A DNA stretch of 59,413 bases from an uncultured Candidatus Saccharibacteria bacterium (GCA_964547425.1 CAZJNH010000003.1:1-59413), one strand, 5' to 3'; shown: positions 35,197-43,911, numbered from the stretch's first letter. Notes: generated by a model not told the origin, from the letters alone. Numbers and translations are program-made.

Positions 35197-35979
35197 ATGG
35201 ATGAACAGTTAATTAAAGCCGTTGAAGATCTCGGCCTCTCCCAAAAGGAGGCCCGGGTTTACATGGCCAACTTGGCACTCGGTCCGGCCACCGTCCAGCA
35301 AATCGCTGACCGGTCGGGCATTAAGCGGGTGACCACCTACGTAATCTTGGAATCATTGGCCAACCTAGGCTTAGTCAGCCAAACAAGTCAGGGCAAAAAG
35401 ACTTTCTTTAACGCCGAAGACCCGGTCAGCTTACGCCGCCTGCTCGACAAAAAGGATCAGGAGATCAAGGAGCAGAAGCAAAACTTCGAGGATATACTGC
35501 CAGAACTGAAGACCCTGAAGAGTTTGCCTAAGGAAGCTCCGGGCGTGAAATTCTACGACACCCCCGGCGGAATTAAATCGATAGTAGCTTCGTTCTACGA
35601 AGCCCATCCGGACGCGAGAGAGGCTATTGGCATCAGTAACCTCACTCAGCTTTATAATTTTTTCCCGGAATTCGAGGCCGCTAACGCTAACCCTCAGCGA
35701 ACCAGAGCCAGAGTTAAGAGCCGGATTATCTATACCCACAAGAAAGGGCCGGTCCTAAAGGACACCGACAAGGCGATGAGCCGCGTCTCACGCTTCGTGC
35801 CTTACGACAAGTTTCCTTTCAACGGCGATTGGAACGTGATCGGCAATCATATTGTGATCCTCTCCTTAAGTGGAGTTAAGCCGATCGGAATTACCATCGA
35901 CAGCGAAGAGCTGGCCAGGGGCATGGAGGTTATTTTTAGCCTAGCTTGGGAAGCGGCCCAGCAATATAACCCAAAATAG
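35197..35979 (+). CDS. TrmB-family transcriptional regulator
   Basis: 'LGLSQKEARVYMANLALGPATVQQIADRSGIKRVTTYVILESLANLGLV' (TrmB wHTH) plus a C-terminal effector-like domain. Confidence 0.75.
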   Translation: MDEQLIKAVEDLGLSQKEARVYMANLALGPATVQQIADRSGIKRVTTYVILESLANLGLVSQTSQGKKTFFNAEDPVSLRRLLDKKDQEIKEQKQNFEDILPELKTLKSLPKEAPGVKFYDTPGGIKSIVASFYEAHPDAREAIGISNLTQLYNFFPEFEAANANPQRTRARVKSRIIYTHKKGPVLKDTDKAMSRVSRFVPYDKFPFNGDWNVIGNHIVILSLSGVKPIGITIDSEELARGMEVIFSLAWEAAQQYNPK

Positions 35980-36017
35980 CTTCCAGATTTACGTCAGATT
36001 TGTTAGCGGTTAATACA

Positions 36018-36046
36018 TTGACGATTTAGCCGCCAACTGTTAGAAT
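36018..36046 (+). promoter_or_regulatory. near-consensus sigma70 promoter with no downstream ORF
   Basis: TTGACG(36018-36023)-17 nt-TAGAAT(36041-36046). Confidence 0.65.
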
Positions 36047-36052
36047 TTCTTC

Positions 36053-36432
36053 GCTCGCGCACCCTGCCGGGCCGGCAGTCTTCTGGCTATTTTGCTTCTC
36101 AGAAGAGCCTGCTGAAGCGTTGGTTGTATGTAAGGAGGCAGGTGTGAACACTTGGTAACGGCTGCGGCCGTGCAAGTAGTACCCCTGCCGGTGGCGATCC
36201 GGATGTAACAATGGTCGCTATAGGCAGGGCGTGTGCGTCCTTCGCTCCGATCACACGCCCGGAGCGGGGACAAAAAAGGGTTCAGCCGAGAGGGGAAGGA
36301 GTTCTAACGCAGACGCGTTGGAACGGGGGTCTCCTCGTAGCTCAAGCTCCGGCGAATAGCTATCGCCAAAGGGGGAACCCTGTTACAAACTGAGGGTCGG
36401 GTGTCTTCAAGAGCCCGGCCCTCTGCCTTTTT
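36053..36432 (+). ncRNA. candidate structured non-coding RNA of unknown family (~380 nt)
   Basis: Framed by the promoter at 36018-36046 and the terminator at 36392-36432. Only R/G/A-rich ORFs of <=77 aa occur, and none has an RBS. Stems are dense: 36301-36324 (10 bp), 36183-89/36223-29, the long-range pair 36278-83/36375-80, and a possible pseudoknot 36229-35/36252-58 with 36243-49/36260-66. I found no RNase P, tmRNA, SRP or 6S signature. Confidence 0.55.
36392..36432 (+). terminator. intrinsic terminator oriented for the + strand
   Basis: GAGGGTCGGG(36392-36401)/CCCGGCCCTC(36414-36423), a 10-bp stem followed by TGCCTTTTT. The convergent galT-like gene stops at 36435. Confidence 0.75.
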
Positions 36433-36434
36433 AT

Positions 36435-37391
36435 CTAGCCTTTTTTATACCAATCAGCGGCGGTTTCGGGCGGAACGGGGTTGATGACAACGCCGGTCGA
36501 GAGCTCCAAGCCGCCCCATACGTTGGGCCGCGGTTCGACTTTTAAAATAAAGTGGTGGTCTTGTCCTGCCAAAGAGTCCTGCAAAAAGAAATTAAAGCTA
36601 ATCCCGTACTTATCCAGTTGTTTGGCCACAATTCGTAATATCTCCGCGAAGGACTTGAGTTCGCCGCTTCCCAGGTCACAAAAGCTTGGCTGGTGCTGCT
36701 TAGGTATTATCCAAACCCCATAAGGCGCGGTCCCGGCGTAGGGACAGATAGCCTGTAGGTGGTCGTCTTCATAGATGACCCGCTCATTTTGCTGTTTTTC
36801 CCAAGCCAGGATGTCGCAAACCGGGCAGGCTCCGTGGCGCATGCGGTACTGCTCAAAGGCGATAGCTTCGGTCTCGACTATGGGCGGCACTAGAGGCAGG
36901 GCGACGATTTGAGAGTGGGCATGGGCGATGGTGGCACCGGCTTTTGGCCCGTCGTTTTTAAATACGGCGACGTAGGCGATGCCTTCGATTTTGCGCAGCG
37001 CTTCGGCGCGCGTCGTGTAGGTTTTAAAGATTTGTCCGATGTGCTCGAGAGACAGCTGGGAGAACTCCTGATTGTGGTGGGGGGTTTCGATGACGATCTC
37101 CTGTTTGCCGAACGCCTGCGGGCTGTCGAGGGAGAGGGCCGGAAACAGGTTGTCGATGACTTTGACCTGCCAATCTCCATTGCCATCCTTGATCTGGAAA
37201 ATAGCCGGTTCGCTCTCGATCGCCGGACTGGCGGCGGTTTCTGAGCTGTGGGTTTCGGGATTGGCAAAAGCATCGGGCCGTTTGCCGCGCTTTGGGGCAA
37301 TAATCACGTAGCGGTCGAGAAAATAATGCTTCCGGATCTCGCCGCCTTCGGTTGAAGTTATAGTGTCGAATTTTGGCTCGGTTTTAGCCAT
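36435..37391 (-). CDS. galactose-1-phosphate uridylyltransferase-like (GalT/HIT superfamily) nucleotidyltransferase
   Basis: 'HAHSQIVALP' (His-x-His-x-Gln active site). The C-terminal half 'HLQAICPYAGTAPYGVWIIPKQH' parallels E. coli GalT. The start is set at the internal ATG 37391. Confidence 0.78.
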   Translation of the reverse strand: MAKTEPKFDTITSTEGGEIRKHYFLDRYVIIAPKRGKRPDAFANPETHSSETAASPAIESEPAIFQIKDGNGDWQVKVIDNLFPALSLDSPQAFGKQEIVIETPHHNQEFSQLSLEHIGQIFKTYTTRAEALRKIEGIAYVAVFKNDGPKAGATIAHAHSQIVALPLVPPIVETEAIAFEQYRMRHGACPVCDILAWEKQQNERVIYEDDHLQAICPYAGTAPYGVWIIPKQHQPSFCDLGSGELKSFAEILRIVAKQLDKYGISFNFFLQDSLAGQDHHFILKVEPRPNVWGGLELSTGVVINPVPPETAADWYKKG

Positions 37392-37454
37392 GGCTATCTG
37401 GAGTAAGCGTAACAGCTTTGCCCTGATTTGGCGAGTTACGGCAAGCAACCTAAA

Positions 37455-38597
37455 ATGGCTCTAGTGAAGAAGAAGATTTTAATTCTGACTACGCCGCTGG
37501 GCGGCGGCCACACCGCGGCTGCCAACGCCATCGCCAAAGGCGTAGAGCAAAGCTATCCCGGCAAATTCGAGGTCAAGGTGGTTGACGCTTTGGCCGAAGC
37601 CAAGCTGATTGTGACGCTCGACAAAATCTTCGTGCCGTTTTACACCCACTCGGTCAGAAACCTCAAAGGCTACCCCTATAAAGCCTTCTACCGGGCGACC
37701 GACATAACGCATGACACAATGCGTAAACTGCTGTCGATGGTGTTTAAAACCGACGCCGAAGACATCCTAAAACGTGAGAACCCGGACGTAGTCATCTCGA
37801 CTTTTTGGTTCATTGGCTATGCAGTTTCCTCGATTGTTAAGTCTCGCCGCTGGCCGAAGCCAGTTAGCGTTGTCAGCTTGATTACCGACTCGGGAGATGT
37901 CCACAAGATGTGGCTGCTGTCTAACGAGGACGCGCTGCTGGTTTCGACTCCGGAAACGATCGCGTATGCCGAGGCTTTGGGCGCGCCGCGGGACATTATG
38001 CACTACCTCGGTTTTCCGCTGGATGCCCGCTTCGCCAAGCTACCGTCCAGGGCCAAAGCTAGGGGAAAGTTGGGGCTCGACCCGGATAAATTTACGATTC
38101 TTTTGACCGGCGGAGGTCTTGGGCTAAACCGCAAACTTCTGGCACTAGCTAAGCATCTTTGCAGGCAAAAGCTGGGAGTTCAGTACCTGCTGGTATCCGG
38201 CAAAGACAAGTCAACGCAAACTCGGTTGTCGCGCCTCACTTTCCTCGACGACGCCCACGTTTTTGGTTTCGTTGGCAACATGCCGGATATGATCGCGGCC
38301 GCCGACCTCGTGGTTGGTAAAGCCGGCTGGATCTCGCTGTGCGAAGCCTTTGCCGCCCGCCGGCCGGTGATGGTGATCGACATGGTACCGGGGCAGGAAG
38401 AACCGAACGCCGAACTCGTCCACCGACAAGGGGTCGGTTGGGTGATCTTCAATCCGGAAGAGGCCGCGGCTAAAATCGCCGAGGTTGCCGCCGACCCGAA
38501 GCTGCTTAATCCGCTAGTCGCCAATCTCAAAAAACTGAATTTCGACCCGGCCGCCGCGCCCAAAGTAGCTAAATTCATCGTCGACAAATTCCTGTAG
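37455..38597 (+). CDS. GT28 diacylglycerol glycosyltransferase (MGDG synthase/UgtP-like)
   Basis: 'KKILILTTPLGGGHTAAANAIAKG' N-terminus and a C-terminal GT-B domain 'DLVVGKAGWISLCEAFAARRPVMVIDMVPGQEEPNA'. ATG 37455 is preferred. Confidence 0.75.
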   Translation: MALVKKKILILTTPLGGGHTAAANAIAKGVEQSYPGKFEVKVVDALAEAKLIVTLDKIFVPFYTHSVRNLKGYPYKAFYRATDITHDTMRKLLSMVFKTDAEDILKRENPDVVISTFWFIGYAVSSIVKSRRWPKPVSVVSLITDSGDVHKMWLLSNEDALLVSTPETIAYAEALGAPRDIMHYLGFPLDARFAKLPSRAKARGKLGLDPDKFTILLTGGGLGLNRKLLALAKHLCRQKLGVQYLLVSGKDKSTQTRLSRLTFLDDAHVFGFVGNMPDMIAAADLVVGKAGWISLCEAFAARRPVMVIDMVPGQEEPNAELVHRQGVGWVIFNPEEAAAKIAEVAADPKLLNPLVANLKKLNFDPAAAPKVAKFIVDKFL

Positions 38598-38713
38598 CCC
38601 CAGCCGTTTAGCCACAAACCACTCTCAGACAAAAGGAACGAGGATTTTCCTGAAAATAGAATACTGTTCCGCAGAGACGACTTGGATGAGAGTGGTGAGT
38701 GGCTAGGAAGGCG

Positions 38714-38739
38714 AAAAGACTCCTCGAAGGGAGTCTTTT
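38714..38739. terminator. intrinsic terminator with an A-tract and a T-tract
   Basis: AAAAGACTCC-TCGAA-GGGAGTCTTTT. Confidence 0.7.
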
Positions 38740-38857
38740 CAGTGCATGGCCCGGAACTCAATCAGTAGGCTCCGTTGCCTGCTGAGGACATCGTAGATAC
38801 TCGGGCGGGATGGGGCTACAGGCAAGATTCCAAATTTAGTAAAGGTATACTTGGTTT

Positions 38858-39868
38858 ATGTGGGCAAAAAGACTACTTATCGCTTTATCCGCCGTCTTTA
38901 TGGTGTTCGTGGCGATCTCAACGGAAGCGCTCGACCACTTCAACCGCCAGCACGCGGGGCAGCCTTACGAATACGGTGCCACTTTCTCGGCGGAGTACGC
39001 CAACTACCTGGGTGTTGACCCAAAAACAACACTTACAGCGATCCTAACGGATCTGCACCCAACCCGCCTGCGGCTGGTGAGTTACTGGGACCAGATCGAG
39101 GGTAAGCCTGGTAAGTACGACTTTTCCAAACTCGACTGGCAGTTTGAGTTGGCGAAGAAGTACGGCGCCAAGGTTAGCCTGGCGGTCGGTCTGCGACAGC
39201 CCCGATTTCCGGAGTGTCATTACCCCCAGTGGACCAAAGGCCAGAGCGAGCAAATGATTTATTCCGAGCTGGATCCGTTTATTGCCGCCGTAGTGAACCA
39301 CTACAAAGTCCGTCCGGAGCTGGAGGATTACCAATTAGAGAACGAGGCGCTCTTAACCGTCTTTGGCAAATGCATGCCGTTTAGCCGGAGCCAACTGGTC
39401 AAAGAGTTTAATCTGGTGCACCAGCTCGACCCGGGCCGGCCGGTTGCCGTGAATGTTAGCAATGAGTATGGCCTGCCGCTGCGCGCGCCGATCGGCGATG
39501 AGATTGGTTTTTCGGTCTACCGTCGGGTGTTTGACTCGAGGATTACCCATCGTTTCGTCAATTATCCCTTCCCGACGCTATGGTTTAAGCTGCGCGCGGC
39601 CGTAATTGAGCGCTACTTGGGCGCGAAGGTCTTTATTCACGAGCAGCAGGCCGAGCCTTGGGGCAGGACCGACACCAAGACACTGACTCTAGCGGAGCAA
39701 AACGAAGCCTTTGGCGTTAACAACCTACGCGAAACGGCCAGCTACGCCCGGTCGACCGGCATCAAACGGATCGATTTTTGGGGAGCGGAGTGGTGGTACT
39801 GGCGCAAAGTAAAGTTCAACGACCCGTCGATTTGGGAAACCGCTCAAGCTGTCTTTCGTAGCCGCTAA
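38858..39868 (+). CDS. membrane-anchored TIM-barrel glycoside-hydrolase-like protein (clan GH-A-like)
   Basis: N-terminal TM/signal anchor. 'RLVSYWDQIEGKPGKYDFSKLDWQFELAKKYGAKV' resembles the GH42/GH5 N-terminal strands. 'YQLENEA' is a candidate NE acid/base motif. Confidence 0.4.
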   Translation: MWAKRLLIALSAVFMVFVAISTEALDHFNRQHAGQPYEYGATFSAEYANYLGVDPKTTLTAILTDLHPTRLRLVSYWDQIEGKPGKYDFSKLDWQFELAKKYGAKVSLAVGLRQPRFPECHYPQWTKGQSEQMIYSELDPFIAAVVNHYKVRPELEDYQLENEALLTVFGKCMPFSRSQLVKEFNLVHQLDPGRPVAVNVSNEYGLPLRAPIGDEIGFSVYRRVFDSRITHRFVNYPFPTLWFKLRAAVIERYLGAKVFIHEQQAEPWGRTDTKTLTLAEQNEAFGVNNLRETASYARSTGIKRIDFWGAEWWYWRKVKFNDPSIWETAQAVFRSR

Positions 39869-39886
39869 GTTGTTACAATCATTTGG

Positions 39887-41089
39887 ATGTACCAGCCCGA
39901 CGAGAAAACTTTAGCCAAGTACGCGGACCTGCTGATTAAGTTTGCTTTGGGCGGCGGAACTGGCGCCAAAAAAGGCGAGACGGTGATGGTGAATTTACCC
40001 GAGGCGGCCAAAGTTTTTATTCCTCACTTGAGGCGCTCAATCCTGACCTCGGGCGCGCACATGCTGACGCTATACACAGCGGATGATGTTAAAAGCCACG
40101 AGTTCTACGATCTGGCCAGCGAGCACCAGCTAACTCATTTCCCGGACAAGTTTTATAAAGGCCTCGTCGAACAGATGGACCACTCAGTTTTCATTATCGC
40201 CGAACACGACAAGTACGAGCTAAAGGATGTCGACAGCGCCAAGATTATGAAGCGCAGTAAGACGTTCAAGCCCTATATGGAGTGGCGCAACGAGAAAGAA
40301 AACCAAGGCAAGTTCAGCTGGACGCTGGCGGCTTTTGCCACCCCGGCGATGGCTAAAGACGTTGGAATGAGTCTTGAGCAGTATTGGGAACAGATTATCC
40401 TAGGCTGTTACCTCGACGAGAAGGACCCTATCGCTAAGTGGCGCTCGATTGTGCAGGAGCAAGCACGGCTAATTAAGGTATTGGATGATCTCAAAATCGA
40501 ATGGCTGCACGTTGAAGGAGATAGCGTCGACCTCAAAGTTCAGCTGGGCGCGACGCGGCGCTGGCTCGGCGGCCGGGGGGCTAACATCCCGAGCTTTGAG
40601 CTGTTTATTTCCCCCGACTGGCGAGGGACTGAAGGCGAAATCGAGTTTAACCAGCCGCTTTACCGCTACGGCAACAAGATCGGCGGGATCAAATTAAAGT
40701 TCAAAAAAGGCCGGGTGGTTGAGGCTACCGCCACCGAAAATCAGAAGGTTTTAACCGACATGATTGCGGTCGAGAACGCCGATAAATTGGGTGAATACTC
40801 GCTGACCGACGGGCGGATGAGCCGGATTACTAAGCTTATGGGGGAGACGCTGTTCGACGAAAACTTTGGTGGCAAGCAGGGCAACACCCATATGGCGTTG
40901 GGCAACGCCTACCAGGAATCATTCAGCGGCGATCCCAGTAAAGTTACCAAGAAACAATGGGCCGAGTTAGGCTTTAACGAAAGCGCCGTCCACACCGACA
41001 TTATCTCGACCGAACGCCGCAAAGTTACCGCCACTTTGCCCGACGGCTCCAAAAAAGTCATCTACCAAGACGGCCAATTCAAGCTTTAG
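39887..41089 (+). CDS. aminopeptidase, peptidase M29 (AmpS/PepS/aminopeptidase T) family
   Basis: 'LAKYADLLIKFALGGGTGAKKGETVMV' N-terminus, ~400 aa, with C-terminal 'GNTHMALGNAY' and 'HTDII'. Confidence 0.8.
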   Translation: MYQPDEKTLAKYADLLIKFALGGGTGAKKGETVMVNLPEAAKVFIPHLRRSILTSGAHMLTLYTADDVKSHEFYDLASEHQLTHFPDKFYKGLVEQMDHSVFIIAEHDKYELKDVDSAKIMKRSKTFKPYMEWRNEKENQGKFSWTLAAFATPAMAKDVGMSLEQYWEQIILGCYLDEKDPIAKWRSIVQEQARLIKVLDDLKIEWLHVEGDSVDLKVQLGATRRWLGGRGANIPSFELFISPDWRGTEGEIEFNQPLYRYGNKIGGIKLKFKKGRVVEATATENQKVLTDMIAVENADKLGEYSLTDGRMSRITKLMGETLFDENFGGKQGNTHMALGNAYQESFSGDPSKVTKKQWAELGFNESAVHTDIISTERRKVTATLPDGSKKVIYQDGQFKL

Positions 41090-41102
41090 TACGACGAAGC
41101 CC

Positions 41103-41936
41103 TCAGGCTTCGTCGCCTGAGGGCAGTTGTTGGTGTAGTTCGACTAGCAGCTGGTGGAGTGTTTCTCCGTGGAGGCTTAACGCGTGAAGCTCGTTCCCCC
41201 AAGCCACCCGCTTAGCGTGCTTGGCCTGCTGAAGGATCTTCTCCAGATGCAGTCTGGCTGTATCGTCGAGCTTGTGCAGCATGGTCTGGGTACTGCCCCA
41301 GGCATGCCGGTTGGGGCTCGTCGGCTCAAGCCAGCCTCGGCCGTGGGCCTCGTCGAAACGCCGGATGGCATGGCGCCAAGTGCTGAGGATTTCTGCCAGC
41401 CAGTCCATCCATGTGACGGTGTCGACCTGCGAAGCCGGGGCAGACAGCATCCGGCGGCACTTTTGCAGCTTGTGCGCCAGGTAGCTGCGGGCGTCTTCAA
41501 CTGGAGTGATCGGCAGTGCGGACAAGTTCGAGGCCTCGCCCCACAGCAAACCGCCGTTTGCGATGGCCCAGCGCAGATGGCCGACGAAGCCGGGTCCAAG
41601 GGTGTGGGTGTGGGATGCCAATTCCGACGATGTCGTGATTGCTAGTCCCAACGGTACCCATCTCTCATCCGCAAACCGGCGGATATGCCTGAGGTCGTCG
41701 AAACAGTCCAGCCACTCCACGATGCTCGGCTGATCTTTGAGGCAAACCACCAGGTCGAGGTCGCTGGCCAGCGTTTGGGTTTGCCGCAGGACCGAGCCGG
41801 CCAGGATGACCCAGTCGAAGAAACGGCCGGAGTCCCCATCGGTGATCTGGTCGCGGATCAGGTTCAAAACCGCCGTAAAGTCCTCTGGCTTCGGGACTTG
41901 CTTGTGGAGCAGTTGCTCGTAGGTAAAGGTGCGCAT
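41103..41936 (-). CDS. Pol-beta-superfamily nucleotidyltransferase-domain protein (hypothetical)
   Basis: 'ILAGSVLRQTQTLASDLDLVVCL' fits the G-S...D-x-D NTase motif. The remainder is helical and unrecognised. The gene is visibly GC-rich, with several long shadow ORFs. Confidence 0.45.
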   Translation of the reverse strand: MRTFTYEQLLHKQVPKPEDFTAVLNLIRDQITDGDSGRFFDWVILAGSVLRQTQTLASDLDLVVCLKDQPSIVEWLDCFDDLRHIRRFADERWVPLGLAITTSSELASHTHTLGPGFVGHLRWAIANGGLLWGEASNLSALPITPVEDARSYLAHKLQKCRRMLSAPASQVDTVTWMDWLAEILSTWRHAIRRFDEAHGRGWLEPTSPNRHAWGSTQTMLHKLDDTARLHLEKILQQAKHAKRVAWGNELHALSLHGETLHQLLVELHQQLPSGDEA

Positions 41937-42275
41937 CGTTTCTCCTGTGCTTGAAACGAAAAGCGGCCTTTTGCCGCTTGCCGGTTATTATACACCCGAG
42001 TTGAAAGCGGGCGAGCGCAGGTGTAGGATGAGCGTAAGCTTTTTGCTGGGCAGCCAGCCTGGAGGGAAGCGAAAATCAAAAGGAGGCACGCAATGCCTCG
42101 CGCCAGACCAGCTTAACGGTCACAAAAACCAGACTTTTAGCTCTTAGCCCCGCCCAGTTCGCTAGGTGCTAGCGCAACCGGACAGACTAAGCAGCCGAAA
42201 GCTTATAAAAATGCAAAGTAGCGATTTGCCGCTCTTAAAATTACCCCGCCGCTAGGCGGTCTTTTTGTTGCCAAT

Positions 42276-42304
42276 CAAAAACGCCCGAACCGGAGTTCAG
42301 ACGT
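42276..42304 (-). terminator. intrinsic terminator of ssrA
   Basis: On the minus strand: ACGTCTGAAC-TCCG-GTTCGGGCGT (10 bp including G-U pairs) followed by TTTTT, immediately 3' of the tmRNA CCA. Confidence 0.75.
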
Positions 42305-42307
42305 TTT

Positions 42308-42650
42308 TGGTGGAGCTGCGGGGATTTGCACCCCGGTCCGCGAGATAACGAATCAGGCTTCTACAAGCTTAGCTGGTCTAGATGTTTCTTTTCCAACCGG
42401 CCTCAAAATCAGCAAAACAACCGTTTGGAGCAGCCAGTCATCTTAGCCTTGGCGACTAGGCTGGTGCCAAGGAGCGTTCAGATAAATGTCGTCGTTTAAT
42501 CCTATCTGAGTCAGGTTAATGACGGCTTTCGAACTTAAGCGAAAGCGGGAACTAGACTAGTGTTGTCAGTTCTTTTGGGTTGCCTATAACGGTGGCCACC
42601 GGCTTGCAGCACTGATCTGTCAAAGTCCCACGTCGAAGCTGATCAGCCCC
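42308..42650 (-). ncRNA. ssrA: tmRNA (transfer-messenger RNA)
   Basis: The minus strand begins 'GGGGCTGATCAGCTTCGACGTGGGA' and ends 'CGGACCGGGGTGCAAATCCCCGCAGCTCCACCA'. The acceptor stem GGGGCUG/CAGCUCC carries the G3:U identity pair. A candidate tag frame ends '...DNTSLVPAFA' with UAA in a hairpin loop. Confidence 0.93.
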
Positions 42651-42666
42651 TCGTTTGAGCCCAGAC

Positions 42667-42695
42667 ATATTAGCAAAATTAGGCCGGTTTTTCAA
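42667..42695 (-). promoter_or_regulatory. ssrA promoter
   Basis: On the minus strand: TTGAAA-17 nt-TAATAT with an upstream TG (TGcTAATAT), ending 16 nt before the mature 5' GGGG. Confidence 0.65.
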
Positions 42696-42746
42696 TGAGC
42701 TGGTGTAAAATCGGCGTACTAGGCGGAGCAACTTGATAGGAGCGAG

Positions 42747-43187
42747 ATGAACTTCCCACGGATTGGCGTAGCGGCGGTAGTCCGGATTGAGGATCACTTC
42801 TTGATCGGCCGCCGCAACGGTACTCACGGCCCAGGTACATGGGGAATGCCCGGCGGGGCGCTTGAACTTGGCGAAACGATCCAGGCTTGCGCCCTCCGAG
42901 AAACGCTGGAGGAGACCGGCCTGAAAGTCCGGCCGTACGACCCGGGCGCCGTCTTTACCGAGGTGGTATTTCCAGACGGGCAGCATTGGGTGACTCACTT
43001 TGTGCCGTGCGAGTGGCGCGGGGGTAATCCCGAAATCATGGAGCCAGACAAGATGGCCGAGTGGCGTTGGGTCAAATGGAGTACGATCCCCGAGCCAATC
43101 TTCCTGCCTCTAGAAAAACTGCTCGAGCACCCTCAACTTGGTTTACTCACTTCGGGCCGCCACCGCGGCGTTGACAAGCAAGCGTAA
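42747..43187 (+). CDS. NUDIX hydrolase
   Basis: Nudix box 'GGALELGETIQACALRETLEETGL'. Confidence 0.85.
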   Translation: MNFPRIGVAAVVRIEDHFLIGRRNGTHGPGTWGMPGGALELGETIQACALRETLEETGLKVRPYDPGAVFTEVVFPDGQHWVTHFVPCEWRGGNPEIMEPDKMAEWRWVKWSTIPEPIFLPLEKLLEHPQLGLLTSGRHRGVDKQA

Positions 43188-43235
43188 GAGGCACAATATA
43201 GTGCCAATTTCGTACCTTGATGACTGGGGGCAGAG

Positions 43236-43727
43236 ATGACAAGTGAAGTCATGCCCGAGCTGGAAGCGATCAACGCGCTGCTGGAACGGCGGATCGAGTT
43301 GGACTACAAAGGCTGGGGTCTGATGGGGATATCGGATCCGCTGACGACTATCCTGGCCATGTACCCGGACAAAGACGATCCCAGCGGCTTCGAGATGAAG
43401 ATCTTCGGCGACCGGCTCACCGTACCGACTCTGGCAAGGGTCGCGAGCTACGACTTGGGCCCGCGGATTGAACAGAATCAAGTCGATCTGCTTCGCAGTT
43501 GGGACGAACTCACCGACTCGGAGGCCGCGATCCAGATCAGCCTCCGTGAGGCCGAAGCTATGTCGGCAGGCGTGCCAATCACGTTTCTGTACTTCGGGTG
43601 CACTACCGAAGACGGCGAGGTTCTAGCCAACTTATTTCACCCAACCACTTTGCCGGCGGCCCTGTGCTGGAATTGGATCCAGGGAGGCGCCTACTGCCGG
43701 GCCAACACTCTGGCGTCGATGAACTGA
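43236..43727 (+). CDS. hypothetical protein (ORFan, GC-rich)
   Basis: 163-aa ORF with balanced composition and a G-rich SD-like 'GGGGGCAGAG' before the ATG. No recognisable motif. Confidence 0.4.
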   Translation: MTSEVMPELEAINALLERRIELDYKGWGLMGISDPLTTILAMYPDKDDPSGFEMKIFGDRLTVPTLARVASYDLGPRIEQNQVDLLRSWDELTDSEAAIQISLREAEAMSAGVPITFLYFGCTTEDGEVLANLFHPTTLPAALCWNWIQGGAYCRANTLASMN

Positions 43728-43911
43728 CGCCGCGGGCTCTCATCTTTGAAGATGGGAGCCCGCTTTGTTTCGGCGTGTAACCCAAGAGCACCCAAGTTTT
43801 TTTATCGTCCAAAAGCCGGCGATGAGCCGCGCCTGACCGCTTGCTAAGATTCCGCTTAAGTTTTACAGTTGCCGTGCAAGACACCTGTCGAGAGCACATT
43901 GGAGGATGGAC

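Noticed and set aside
38180-38761. 193-aa minus-strand ORF
   Set aside because: It is antisense to the GT28 (MGDG-synthase-like) gene. The product is a low-complexity S/A/G/L-rich sequence, and the ORF runs through the downstream terminator.
42040-42120. 'CCUGGAGGGAAGCGA' followed by a GAGGCA/UGCCUC hairpin, considered as a divergent SRP RNA helix 8
   Set aside because: The invariant 5' AGG of the symmetric loop and the AGCAGC 3' strand are missing. The resemblance is limited to 'GGAAGC'.
42552-42998. 148-aa minus-strand ORF
   Set aside because: Its 3' third overlaps the 5' part of the tmRNA gene and its promoter. The rest is antisense to the Nudix gene, which has a perfect Nudix box.
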